Source: a virus (taxonomy: Duplodnaviria; Caudoviricetes). From it: a DNA stretch of 57,806 nucleotides. Below are positions 28,701 to 36,801 of the stretch, one piece after another. The notes below the pieces were generated by a model. The model was not told the DNA's origin, did not search any database, and saw only the letters and a program-made list of their open reading frames with translations. A program made the position numbers and the translations under genes. Every line of letters begins with the position of its first letter. Position 1 is the first letter of the stretch. The stretch lies in the IMG/VR virus record IMGVR_UViG_3300029826_000002, positions 1-57,806 of that record. One strand, 5' to 3'.

Positions 28701-31700
28701 CTAGAAGCGGTTGTTTCTTGATATCTGTCTGCGTATCTTTTGTCTTTACTAAAATGCGACAATGGATTAAAAACCGTAAAACCACCACGCCAAGTCCCAT
28801 GATACGCTATTGTATCATACCCCGCTTCCCTCGCCGCCTCGTCCACCATCCGCTGCAATTCTTCCCGGTTCGCTTCCGGGTCTTTGGCTAATTCCAGGTA
28901 TCGGGCATCACGGGAGGTGGGGCGCTCTTCGTAGTACGGCTTATCCCCAGGCTTATCCATCAACTCCATGCCTTCGGGGATTAGGTCGGGGTAGTCTTTC
29001 AGGACTTCTTTGGGGATGAACTTGCCTTCGGAGATGGCTTTGCGGATAGCCTCACGGTGCATCCCCTTTATATTAGATTTTTTCGTTCTTGTGGTTTCTT
29101 CTTTTAATAGTTCGCCATATGTTTTTCTCCAGATTGCATGGGGGCCGTCAGAATCCCATCGGCTATTCATGCCAGAATTATATTTTAAAATATGATTACG
29201 CAATTCATCCGGCAATGATTCCAAAACACGCATAGGTATTTTAGCATCACGGGGCAAATTGCTTATTTCATTATAGTATGTTTGCCTCCACGAGTTGATT
29301 TGCCCTTCGGGTGCTTTCGGATATTTCTCTAACTTCTCAGCCAAAAACTCATCAAGCGTCATTTCAGTAACGTTTTTTAGCCCTATAACATTCGTAATGT
29401 TATCGTTCTTTTTTTCGTTACCGTTCACCACTTCCGCTTTCTGCTCGGCCTTGGGGGCGGGTTGCTTGGATTCGGGTACTACTGTGGGTTCAGGCGCTTT
29501 CTTCGGCGCAAGTTTAGCCTTGGCGGTACGCTTCTTTAACGCCGCACGTAAACCGGCTAAATCCATCTTGGGGCTTTTGGGGGTGTCCGTAATCAGGTCT
29601 GATACGGTATCACGTTGCTTGTCTGTCAGGCTATCCACGTAGTCATAGTATGCCTGAGTAGATTGCCGCTTGTAGGGCTTTAACGTGGCAAGGTGGGATT
29701 CTCTTGGGGTCGCTTGCGGGGTTTCTTTGGTATCACCTGCAATTCCCTCAACGCCCTTCTCAACTCTTCCGGTTTGTCCTTCAGGTGATACAGTCCCAGC
29801 CTCTTCAGCCTGTTCTCTGTACTCATCGTTAAACCCTCCTTCTTCCTTTAGTGCTTCAACTTCAAGGTCGGTGTCCCGAATCCAAGCATCAACGGCGGTG
29901 AAATCCTTTTCGTCCTCGATCTCGTTTTCTTTTCGGTGTGCTTCAGCCGCTTTTCTGTATTTGTCAGGAGAAAATTGCCTAGCCGCAAAAGTAAGCCCTG
30001 TGCCTGGATTTCTCCCCTCTTTGGTGTGGGGTATGCTATCAAGGTTGTTGTCTTTAATGTACTGCTTAACCCGTGGTGCAATTCTGTCCAGAACATCATC
30101 AACCTGTTCCTCTGTTGCACCAACGACCGTGAACCCGAACTCATCACCGCCCTTTGTGGTGAATCCGATTTCCACACCCAGCTTTTCAAATTCTTCTCTG
30201 GCAATATCGGCCATTGCCTTAAAGTACGGGTCGGCTCCGGTCTGCCCGAATTTCTTATTAAGACCTCCAAGGTTGTATAAATCGCCCTCGACGTACACCA
30301 CCGGCACGTTGTTTTTTTCTGCTGTTTCGGCGGCGAACTCTGCAAGGCGTTTACTGGCATATTTCCCCTCCATCATTCCGGTTACGGGGTGATGGTTTAC
30401 TATCGAAACCCTCCTGTCACCAGCTTTCCGTTGTGCCAACCTTTTTTGCTGTTCTTCCTCAAATCGGTCGAGTATAGAAGGCGTTTCCTTGCCTGATTCG
30501 ATTGTCTCAGAATCGGCTACACCTGTCAAGCCTTTTTCGTCCGTAGCCACCGTATCGCTCTCAGGCGGCACGATCTCCGTTTCAGGCTGTGCTTGTACCG
30601 TATTGTCCGGTTGAATAACGTCTGCGGCCTCTGAGGAAGTAGGTGCGGGAACAACGGGGGAGGGGGAGGTGGGGGGAGGGGTTTCCGTTGCTCCACGCAC
30701 GCTATCTTGCCTGATGGTATCCGCAAATGCCTGACGTATTTCGGGGCTTACATTCTCGTTGTTGAGGAAGCCGCTTACAACTTTGTTGACCTTCTTTTGA
30801 TCGCCTTTATCTATCGCCTTTTGAAACTGATTGCGGAACTTGGCTATTTCGAGCTTTTCTTTTTCCGGTGAAACGGGCACCTCTTCCTGCTTACCACCAA
30901 CCAAATCAATATCATCACCCACAATCACCGGCTGACCGTTCGCCCGTGCTTTCTCGGCGTGTTCCTTAAAGCTCTTGGCAAGCCCCTTATCTATCTTTTC
31001 AACCGAACTGGCCACGGTGTTTACAACTGCGTTAAATTTTTCATCAGATGATTTCGGGTCGGAAAGCGTGTCAACAATATCTTTTCTGGTCTGGTAATTA
31101 TAGGCAGTACCGGCACCGCCAAAAAGCAAAGACATGAATATGGTCGGCCCGATGATATCAAGAACGTTCTCTTTTATGCTTCCCGCATCAACTCCGTATT
31201 TATTTGAAAAGTACGTTTGTGAAGCCGCCTGTCCTGCTTCCGTGGCAACCTCACCAAAAATGGTTTTACCTATGCTCTTAATCGCTTCTGCTGGGCCTAG
31301 CTTGGATGCTATTGATTTTACAATACTGTTTTTTATCGGCTTAGATGCGACACCAAACAGTTTCAGGGGGATGGCATCTTGCACAACCTCTCCACCGGTT
31401 TCAATAATACCCTCGATATTGGCGAGTTTAAAAGCGGTTTCCTTGTCCACCCCCTGCCGGATTGCTTCACGGTATTTATCTTCTGCCGAACCACCGTAAA
31501 AAAGACCACCAAGGGTAGCAAACCCTGCGGCAACACCAGCAGGGCCACCAGTAGCAAGCCCAGCAATAAGCGGTACGGCTGACTGTACGGCGTTTTCCGG
31601 CCCTGTAGCCATCATGTGCATAGGAGAGTACCACGGGGCGTTCTTTGCCTTCTCAGACATCCCTATGACCGGTTCAAGGCGTTTCTGCTGAGTATCACCA

Positions 31701-32119
31701 AAACCCTCTACGGCCTGCCCTGCACCCTGCAACAGCTTCCTTGCGTAGTCCTGAATGGGGTTCTCGAACCCTTTCGGCGTCAACATCTCATCCGAAAACC
31801 GTTTCAAGAATTGCATGGCCTTACCGGTCTGTTGCGGAATTACCGTATTCCACCCACGGGAGAAAGACTTGGCACCCTCTTTGGCTAAATCCGGCCCCTC
31901 GGTTGCGATATAACCAGCACCCTTCTGAGCCACCATTTTTGTAAAGTCGGCGGCATCAGACACGAACGAGCTTTCCGGCATCCTAAAGTTTGTGTGGCGA
32001 TCCGGTATCTGCTCTTCCTGCGGTGCCTGCTCAAACGGATTATAGTCCACCGGTGTCAGCTTCGCCGTGCTGGTTTGTGTTTCAAATGGGTTGTGGTTTA
32101 CCGGAACAAGAATTGCCAT
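22760..32119 (-). CDS. Giant polyvalent internal virion/ejection protein (GGDEF-like, three ART-like, zincin-like modules)
   Basis: 3119 aa, following the ejection genes; KGGDEF at aa 656-661; YHGT, WHGT and YRGD ART-type modules; HEIGSH; helical C-terminal region. Confidence 0.8.
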   Translation of the reverse strand: MAILVPVNHNPFETQTSTAKLTPVDYNPFEQAPQEEQIPDRHTNFRMPESSFVSDAADFTKMVAQKGAGYIATEGPDLAKEGAKSFSRGWNTVIPQQTGKAMQFLKRFSDEMLTPKGFENPIQDYARKLLQGAGQAVEGFGDTQQKRLEPVIGMSEKAKNAPWYSPMHMMATGPENAVQSAVPLIAGLATGGPAGVAAGFATLGGLFYGGSAEDKYREAIRQGVDKETAFKLANIEGIIETGGEVVQDAIPLKLFGVASKPIKNSIVKSIASKLGPAEAIKSIGKTIFGEVATEAGQAASQTYFSNKYGVDAGSIKENVLDIIGPTIFMSLLFGGAGTAYNYQTRKDIVDTLSDPKSSDEKFNAVVNTVASSVEKIDKGLAKSFKEHAEKARANGQPVIVGDDIDLVGGKQEEVPVSPEKEKLEIAKFRNQFQKAIDKGDQKKVNKVVSGFLNNENVSPEIRQAFADTIRQDSVRGATETPPPTSPSPVVPAPTSSEAADVIQPDNTVQAQPETEIVPPESDTVATDEKGLTGVADSETIESGKETPSILDRFEEEQQKRLAQRKAGDRRVSIVNHHPVTGMMEGKYASKRLAEFAAETAEKNNVPVVYVEGDLYNLGGLNKKFGQTGADPYFKAMADIAREEFEKLGVEIGFTTKGGDEFGFTVVGATEEQVDDVLDRIAPRVKQYIKDNNLDSIPHTKEGRNPGTGLTFAARQFSPDKYRKAAEAHRKENEIEDEKDFTAVDAWIRDTDLEVEALKEEGGFNDEYREQAEEAGTVSPEGQTGRVEKGVEGIAGDTKETPQATPRESHLATLKPYKRQSTQAYYDYVDSLTDKQRDTVSDLITDTPKSPKMDLAGLRAALKKRTAKAKLAPKKAPEPTVVPESKQPAPKAEQKAEVVNGNEKKNDNITNVIGLKNVTEMTLDEFLAEKLEKYPKAPEGQINSWRQTYYNEISNLPRDAKIPMRVLESLPDELRNHILKYNSGMNSRWDSDGPHAIWRKTYGELLKEETTRTKKSNIKGMHREAIRKAISEGKFIPKEVLKDYPDLIPEGMELMDKPGDKPYYEERPTSRDARYLELAKDPEANREELQRMVDEAAREAGYDTIAYHGTWRGGFTVFNPLSHFSKDKRYADRYQETTASSMGISGLKDATDKRTYEVFLSLGNAFDTRNAKELKIFNDEFLGKYGNGTPLSERGLPDWTDSVDLEEWLQETHPEYDSLILDEGAEPNIKGGVDVRPKSYVPLSPSQIKSADPVTYYTKGDAAVKEGRAKAGDVIPLSDRFDKSSDDIRFEESPTVTDFSGISLAQLKKLPFMKGKSVEINDDGSVAVKFAPGKVLTINGLTDTGGEVKLNLGTSPTGAVRTAQYQNHEVIFTKASDLETVFHEIGSHFFEDIGLINKGDKMVLNEAVRRATGKRPGMETREGWEARARWIGANLANREQYRGTKLGRILQKVADFVDSLVGLVKLTERGVLRKIEKGNVRGQESGRNIKSKLLQTVWHGTPHVWPPEKGFPHGRPRLDKIGTGEGAQAYGWGWYSADGESVAQHYLDVNEPSIFVDGVEVKSPPDILRWVSHSGLPFSNLVDQLTERKEYTGRWLEKHPDSAAAKKKYEDAVKSYDQIKPYIGKKVESRNIRGSLYKLDIPDSVIPKLLDWDKPLSEQSEYVKKALKPAIKKIAKWKGFDDITNPIKWFDKEYGNENTGESIYKTIKNHSRNDQAASKYLASIGIPGNRYLDGMSRGKGEGSYNYVIWDQAVLDEIALLERNGEKLDAIREAEGREDSTEPLNETKRNTATAAFKKWFGKSKVVDEDGEPLVVYRGDADATKTTFKTGKSPNKNNQIPFGVHFSESAEIASGFSFNKETDEPSGGVYPVYLAIENPLDISGNNLIQKGTEEYEVLSKIAEKMGKKGESFFGYSNSKQNGFVGEFINSNILDSARGDISRKTLLDSGYDGVIYKAAYYNTPIPSGIPFRDKTYVALKPTQIKSIFNRGTWDGNNPDILYEEKTNPADELKKLGAMYKEKFGPDDPVMKKIIDESSPKILKCILGREQDFKLPKPDITLADRMLNLMSHYSAKVPGLKLMYDAGLGWVDDKNTNSNILFHGKNKDGETISYIENLKRLSKKDKMSYKRLQAYLLNRDRDAVGYRVKQKDDKFDLLKPRLTETAKATSEDAAYRMLGSIIKEQEKEVSSGDRKYIDHLVVEKKNGYYAISKLTHEKISEISFDKTDMADRKKAETEIWNEAVSRESEDVKEKGFSDAMVEGLVSFRSISHNIFNMRYEAIQELIEKYEKEGRKPAIAYKDELGNSVKIDLKVALAEMGDLRGHYFPRTRNQGKWIIRATKKGAQPILEMRDTKATASFRRMALEKQGYTVAPITMSERMPESVFALAGQNIAINELVDKALEGVDSPRTKTLKDIGITLEKDGDDVILKGIVEKGKSREIVEAYGGKYEEFFKRGKQSYTYGGRFRFKGADTKELEKKLTKALFLQKGIDSADIELLFAAEFAEQLANTIKERGARSAMIHRQRLTGKNVWAGYEEDPLTAIARAGQSTASAQAKKYMAIKMINAMKGTTESWAEWRDRMKKEGYQTTDGKRHYGEAHINYDNYLDHVEEQKISATKQKNAFESATKYMQDMLRNDEAIDRVMGTVKGVAVLKYLGFRLAAPAVNMTALVTNVPATMNGYADIPLHRAPDLLAKAVTKYGAWKVNPGSVSEDTQKALKRIYDKGWHKAQFNMEAVNVLKGKFGRGYGRLIDASMAMFGVTEQINRVATILGAYDGIKKTRPELSFEKQMELAKEVSDKAHGTYGKPNYPELARGSGIGGQVLKSAYVFKTFTHNYLATLKELGWDKKNIKAASWLIASPALLAGTTASMVTPAMMKMVNLALKLWDKDEDDPEEALYRWMYENAGENAGKFTEQGLFGLLGLDLKGSLQVNVTDIPTDLFEILGAPGSMIKDIGYGIGDLSQGELDRAFERLLPNAFAAPIKAYRERTEGVTTHRNTPVYWGNEPLKSSALDAWLRALSFNPAELSSKKGQLWREKNIEKEYQERRSKINERIKDFVLKPQNKKTKKEWADIMTDVYEYNQRLKRNNMLGILNPITSKSIDTYIKRTFKPSKRDIARRLKAS

Positions 32120-32977
32120 CTATTCGCCTTCCACCAAGTAAAATTTTCCGTTTTCTTCGTAGTAATACTTCCCATCCGGAGCTTTTACGGCGGTAACTGT
32201 TTTGCCACCATCAACGGTAACTTGTTTCTTGGGTGGTGATACCTGTTCTGTATTATCTTGCTCTTGCCGTGGGGTTTGCCCCTGAACACCACCTTGGAAC
32301 GCTCCCATATTCAATAACCCAACCCCATCATGCTCTGGCCGTTTATATTTGCTTGGGTCAAAACCGGTAAGCATCCGATAATAACCAAGAGTTTCTTTTG
32401 CGAGGCCAGCAAGTTCCGGGTCATCACCTGCAATATACCACTTCAGCAATTCATATGGATTTTGAGCCGTTGTTCCGGTGTCAAGTCCAAAGGCGTAATC
32501 GCCAGCATCTTTTTTGGCAAGCATTTTCATGTTTATATTATACTTGTCGGAGATTATTTTTCTTTTATCTTTTTGTGCCTGATTAGCCGCTTTAGCCTGT
32601 GCCGCCTGATCGTTCTGTGTTAATCTGGATTTATCGTATTCAAGTTTATCTTTCTCCAACGCAAGTTGATCTGCATAATATCTCTGCTTGTCGGCGTATT
32701 GCTGTTTCTGTAGGGCGTCATGTTCCCGTTGTCGCTTAAAATCTTCAAAAGCACTTGCCACCTGGACAATACCGCCCATATCCTGCGGAGAAAGATTATT
32801 CTGCTGTGCAAACTTCTGAATACCCTCTGGGGTATAATCCCCCTGCTGAACAAAAGCCTGACCGAGTTGGCGTATCTTTTTCTGTTTCAGGAAATCGGCA
32901 ACCTGCTGGATTCCACGATTAGCCGCTTCCTGCTGATATTGAGAAGCCTGAATTAAAGATGGAATTACGTTCGCCAT
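32120..32977 (-). CDS. Putative ejection (internal virion) protein
   Basis: Q/A-rich and helical; position. Confidence 0.55.
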   Translation of the reverse strand: MANVIPSLIQASQYQQEAANRGIQQVADFLKQKKIRQLGQAFVQQGDYTPEGIQKFAQQNNLSPQDMGGIVQVASAFEDFKRQREHDALQKQQYADKQRYYADQLALEKDKLEYDKSRLTQNDQAAQAKAANQAQKDKRKIISDKYNINMKMLAKKDAGDYAFGLDTGTTAQNPYELLKWYIAGDDPELAGLAKETLGYYRMLTGFDPSKYKRPEHDGVGLLNMGAFQGGVQGQTPRQEQDNTEQVSPPKKQVTVDGGKTVTAVKAPDGKYYYEENGKFYLVEGE

Positions 32978-32986
32978 GATATTCCC

Positions 32987-33904
32987 CTAAATTAAGCCGG
33001 ACAAAATATTTGAAATACCCCCACCGTTTGATATTCCCGTAAAAAGGCTTGCAAGTTGACCGGCACCGGCAAGCGTGTTTGTCGCCGGATCATATACACC
33101 TGTGCTTGTGGTTGTTGGTGTTCCGTATCTTAACTGATCGTTCTGAGCGTTTAAGCCACCAATATAATTTAAGTATTCATTCTGCGCCCGATTCGGAGTG
33201 TACGCATTAGCAACCTGATTCTCGATTTGCGCCAACACTGTATTGTTATTTGCCGTTGCGTTGGCGATGTCGTTCAGAGTTCCAGCCCAACCGGTCATGT
33301 TGTTTGCGGCGTTTCTCTGTGATCCGGTCGCAAACTGAACCGGCCCACTCAGCCCAGCGCCGGTAAGATTGATTGGTGCGGAATTAGCCAACCCGCCCCA
33401 GCTATCCATCAAGCCCTGTATTGTCCCGCCGTACTGCTCGTTTGCGGCGTTCCTGTCACCGGTAATACCTGAGAGAGCGTCTAGAAGCGCCTGATCATTC
33501 TGTTGTGTATAGCCTATGTCCTGCGCTATCCTGTCACGGTACGGGTCAATTGTCACCCTCTCACCAAGCATTGCCGAAGCGGGTCCTGACATACCACTTT
33601 GGGCCTGCACCGAACGCATATATTCTTCAGCACGAACACGATCATTCGGGGTGATGTTTTTGGGGTCAATTCCAAGCTCTTTGGCTACATCCGAGTTTTT
33701 CTCAATAAACTCGTCGATGCTATATCTTCGATATTCATTCCCGCCAAACAGGTATTTAAGGAAGTCGTTAAACATCTGCTGCTGCCCAGCATCCCTTGTT
33801 GCCGCTGTGCGATCTTCTGTGTTTACCGCCACAGATTCACCGCTACCGGTCATATTATCCCATGTGTCTGATATGAAACCGCCGATATCACCCAATACAC
33901 CCAT
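32987..33904 (-). CDS. Putative ejection/pilot protein
   Basis: G/A/N/Q-rich with amphipathic termini; position. Confidence 0.55.
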   Translation of the reverse strand: MGVLGDIGGFISDTWDNMTGSGESVAVNTEDRTAATRDAGQQQMFNDFLKYLFGGNEYRRYSIDEFIEKNSDVAKELGIDPKNITPNDRVRAEEYMRSVQAQSGMSGPASAMLGERVTIDPYRDRIAQDIGYTQQNDQALLDALSGITGDRNAANEQYGGTIQGLMDSWGGLANSAPINLTGAGLSGPVQFATGSQRNAANNMTGWAGTLNDIANATANNNTVLAQIENQVANAYTPNRAQNEYLNYIGGLNAQNDQLRYGTPTTTSTGVYDPATNTLAGAGQLASLFTGISNGGGISNILSGLI

Positions 33905-33914
33905 GACAACCTCC

Positions 33915-34475
33915 TTAATATCTCAACATTCCAGCCATCAATTCGTATGGTGCGAGCGGGTTCTGAGACTTGGAACTGCTTGTGCTGGTAGAAGTCCCTG
34001 ATCCCGTGCTTTCTTGTGCCAACTGAGCAATATTGCCGAGAATGTTCGGCAACTGCATTTGCGCCGCATATTGTGCTAGCTGAGAATTAAAGCCCTGATT
34101 CGCTATATCCTGTGCCGCCTGATTCTGAGCGCCAGCAAGGGCGTTTCCGGCCACATTGCTGTTTAACATGCCCCGCTGTGCCAACTGGTTTAATGTACCC
34201 TGAAACTGATTCGGCCCCATTGCCTGACGCATAGCATTAGCGTACTGCCCCTGAATGGCCTGCCCCATATTATTCACAACACCGGGAAGGTTCTGCCCTG
34301 CCGTGATAATCGGCTGTTCCATCTGAGCCGCTACGGGTCTTTCCCAGTTTATACCGGCCTGACTCTGGTTACTCGAACTGCTGGCCGAGTTAGATGAGCT
34401 TGTGGGGAACAGGTCTGTGGGAATGTTAAACCCAACCGCTTCTGGTGTTTTACTATTACCTGTAATCCAAGACAT
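33915..34475 (-). CDS. Putative ejection protein
   Basis: Q/A/N/S-rich; LAQRGMLNS motif; position. Confidence 0.55.
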   Translation of the reverse strand: MSWITGNSKTPEAVGFNIPTDLFPTSSSNSASSSSNQSQAGINWERPVAAQMEQPIITAGQNLPGVVNNMGQAIQGQYANAMRQAMGPNQFQGTLNQLAQRGMLNSNVAGNALAGAQNQAAQDIANQGFNSQLAQYAAQMQLPNILGNIAQLAQESTGSGTSTSTSSSKSQNPLAPYELMAGMLRY

Positions 34476-34484
34476 GATTTCCTC

Positions 34485-35198
34485 CTATGATATCCACCAT
34501 AATATGCAAAACCCCGAACCCCCGTTCCCGCCGTTATTGGAATCGGCACCAGCGCCACCCGTGCCACCACCTGAACCACCAGCGCCTGAGTTGGCCGCAG
34601 CATTGGCACCGGCACCCTGAGAACCGTCTGCGCCATCACCGTATGAACCGCCACCACCGCCGCCGCCAAAATTACCGCCTGTTGTAGTGCCACCCTTGCC
34701 GTAGCCAGCACAACCTTGAGCGCCGCTCGTTGATGTCCACCACGTTACGTTTTTTATCCCGCCTTGACCACCTCCTGAACCGCCGGAAGAGCCACCGTAC
34801 TGACCAGCAGCGGAATAAGGGTTATAGACGCCGCCTCCAACACCGCCATCAACACCCGAAGTAATACTACCACCCTCTGCTGTTATCGTGGTTGTACCGT
34901 CTGTAATAGAACTGTCTCCACCGGCAGTAGCAGCCGCACCACCGGCAATGCCACCGGTACCACCTACGCCTATTGTGATGTTTAATGTAGAAACCCCGGC
35001 GGCAACAGGGAAAATGCCTGTGCGAACCTGGCCACCGCCGCCACCGGGGACACCTTGCGCCGCTGCACTCGCATTCCCGCCAGCGCCGCCACCGACGAGC
35101 AAAAACTTAAACCCCGTCACGCCTGCTGGGATAGTCCACGTTGCGTTGGTGGCCGGGAAGGATTCTGATTGAATTTTAGTTGTTCGTGCAGTTATCAT
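34485..35198 (-). CDS. Glycine-rich tail/adhesin-like protein, paralog 2
   Basis: WTIPAGVT..LVGGGAGG..GGGGG..GGSGFCILWW. Confidence 0.7.
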   Translation of the reverse strand: MITARTTKIQSESFPATNATWTIPAGVTGFKFLLVGGGAGGNASAAAQGVPGGGGGQVRTGIFPVAAGVSTLNITIGVGGTGGIAGGAAATAGGDSSITDGTTTITAEGGSITSGVDGGVGGGVYNPYSAAGQYGGSSGGSGGGQGGIKNVTWWTSTSGAQGCAGYGKGGTTTGGNFGGGGGGGSYGDGADGSQGAGANAAANSGAGGSGGGTGGAGADSNNGGNGGSGFCILWWIS

Positions 35199-35939
35199 TT
35201 AAGCCACCCAATATAAAATGCAGTAACCATCAGCACCGGCACCGCCATCCTTAACCGTTGGGCCAGCAGCCGCAGCACCACCAGAACCACCAGCGCCGGT
35301 ATTCGCAGAAGCCGCAGCGCCGTTGTCGTTGGCAACACCGTCCGCACCGTCACCATACGAACCACCTCCAGCACCACCACCACCGGCAGGGGTAGTCCCA
35401 CCCTTACCGTAGCCGGGGCACCCTTGAGCGCCATTGGCAGATGTAAACCAAGCCTGACCGCCCTTTCCGCCCTGACCGCCGCCTGAACCACCGGAACTAC
35501 CACCGTACTGCTCTGCGCTGTTGGCAGGATTGTAGGGGCCACCACCGGCACCACCGGAAGCGTCTGACCCGTTCGATCCAGAACCGCCCACGCCGCCATT
35601 AGCTGTAATGGTCGTAGTCCCGTCTGAAAGCGTGCTATCACCACCGTCACTACCAGCAGCACCGGGAGCACCACCGGCACCACCGGCACCACCAGCACCA
35701 CCAGCACCTATTGTTATGGCTAGACTTGTGGCGCTTGAATCGACAAAAAGCGTTCCGGTCTTTACTTCACCGCCACCGCCTCCACCGCCGTCAAAGCTGC
35801 CGTCAGTTCCGCCGCCGCCTCCACCTGCCGCCACAAGGATATACTCAAATGCAGATACACCAGCAGGGATAGACCAAGCCGCATCGGTAGCAGTAAACGC
35901 TTTTGCTTTCGATTTTGCTGTTGAAGGAGTTAAACCCAT
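35199..35939 (-). CDS. Glycine-rich tail/adhesin-like protein, paralog 1
   Basis: WSIPAGVS..LVAAGGGGG..GADGYCILYW. Confidence 0.7.
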   Translation of the reverse strand: MGLTPSTAKSKAKAFTATDAAWSIPAGVSAFEYILVAAGGGGGGTDGSFDGGGGGGGEVKTGTLFVDSSATSLAITIGAGGAGGAGGAGGAPGAAGSDGGDSTLSDGTTTITANGGVGGSGSNGSDASGGAGGGPYNPANSAEQYGGSSGGSGGGQGGKGGQAWFTSANGAQGCPGYGKGGTTPAGGGGAGGGSYGDGADGVANDNGAAASANTGAGGSGGAAAAGPTVKDGGAGADGYCILYWVA

Positions 35940-36283
35940 TAGCTTGTCACCTTCTTCTGGCCCTCAAGAACAAAGCTCAACTTGTCCGCTGTGCTTGCCT
36001 TGATTCGGATTGTCTCTGTTGCATTGGCGTGGATTGACAGTTCTATTGTGTCGTTCGCCGCAACCGCCCTGTCGTAAAACACCCAATCGTCACCGTCAGC
36101 CGCTACGTCACCATGGCCTTCCGTGGTATGAGCTACCCGACAAGTCCGGTCGGAAGAATCCTGGTTGCAAATTCTCAGGACAGCATTGATTTCCGTGCTT
36201 GCCGGAACAGCGTAAAGCTCCGCTTCGTCCGTATTGGCCGGGCATGAGCTTGCCAGTTTGCAGAATGTGTTTGTTATCGCCAT
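35939..36283 (-). CDS. Tail-associated protein
   Basis: LYAVPAST..ICNQ..YD..VAANDT; position. Confidence 0.6.
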   Translation of the reverse strand: MAITNTFCKLASSCPANTDEAELYAVPASTEINAVLRICNQDSSDRTCRVAHTTEGHGDVAADGDDWVFYDRAVAANDTIELSIHANATETIRIKASTADKLSFVLEGQKKVTS

Positions 36284-36295
36284 CTTGTCGCCTCC

Positions 36296-36348
36296 AATAA
36301 AAAAGCCCCACTACCATCCGGCAGCAGGGCTTGAGTTCTTCAATACCC
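36296..36348 (-). terminator. Intrinsic terminator with overlapping 5' hairpin (switch copy B)
   Basis: GGGTATTGA-AGAAC-TCAAGCCCTGCTGCC-GGAT-GGTAGTGGGGCTTTTTTATT. Confidence 0.8.
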
Positions 36349-36366
36349 GAATATATGGTTCAACGC

Positions 36367-36801
36367 TTAGAACGCTATGGAACCGAAAAACGCCAAGTTC
36401 TCAGCATCCCTTACGAGTTTTGTCATGTCGGTTTCAAGGGTTGATATGCTTGTTGTTAATGTCGCAATCTGGCCCGTTGATTTGAGGGATATGGTCAGTG
36501 TTTCATCGCCACCGTCATTACCCTCGGTCAGTAAAATGTCGGTATCGCCCAACAGCTTCCCATTGAGATATCCCGGCGTGGTGTCGTTGGCTGATACGGG
36601 ACAACCCGTACCAACCGTCAGGGCGGCTATGGAATCGTCAACACCGTCCAGCCTTGTATCGAGGTCTGATTCACCACCACGGGCGGTTTCCACCTCAAGC
36701 GCAATAGCGAACAACTCTGTCATATCGTCGTTGGCTTTTTTATATAAAGCGTCTTTAACCGTGTCTGTTTTTAATATTGCATCTCTGGAAACGGCAGTCA
36801 T
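36367..36801 (-). CDS. Tail fibre anchor / needle-like coiled-coil protein
   Basis: EVETARGG..LDTRLD; VSANDTTPGYLNGKL. Confidence 0.55.
   Translation of the reverse strand: MTAVSRDAILKTDTVKDALYKKANDDMTELFAIALEVETARGGESDLDTRLDGVDDSIAALTVGTGCPVSANDTTPGYLNGKLLGDTDILLTEGNDGGDETLTISLKSTGQIATLTTSISTLETDMTKLVRDAENLAFFGSIAF

Noticed and set aside
30137-30151. Cas10 or polymerase palm instead of GGDEF
   Set aside because: The motif is GGDEF with the upstream D..N...G...D pattern of diguanylate cyclases, not GGDD; there is no CRISPR context.
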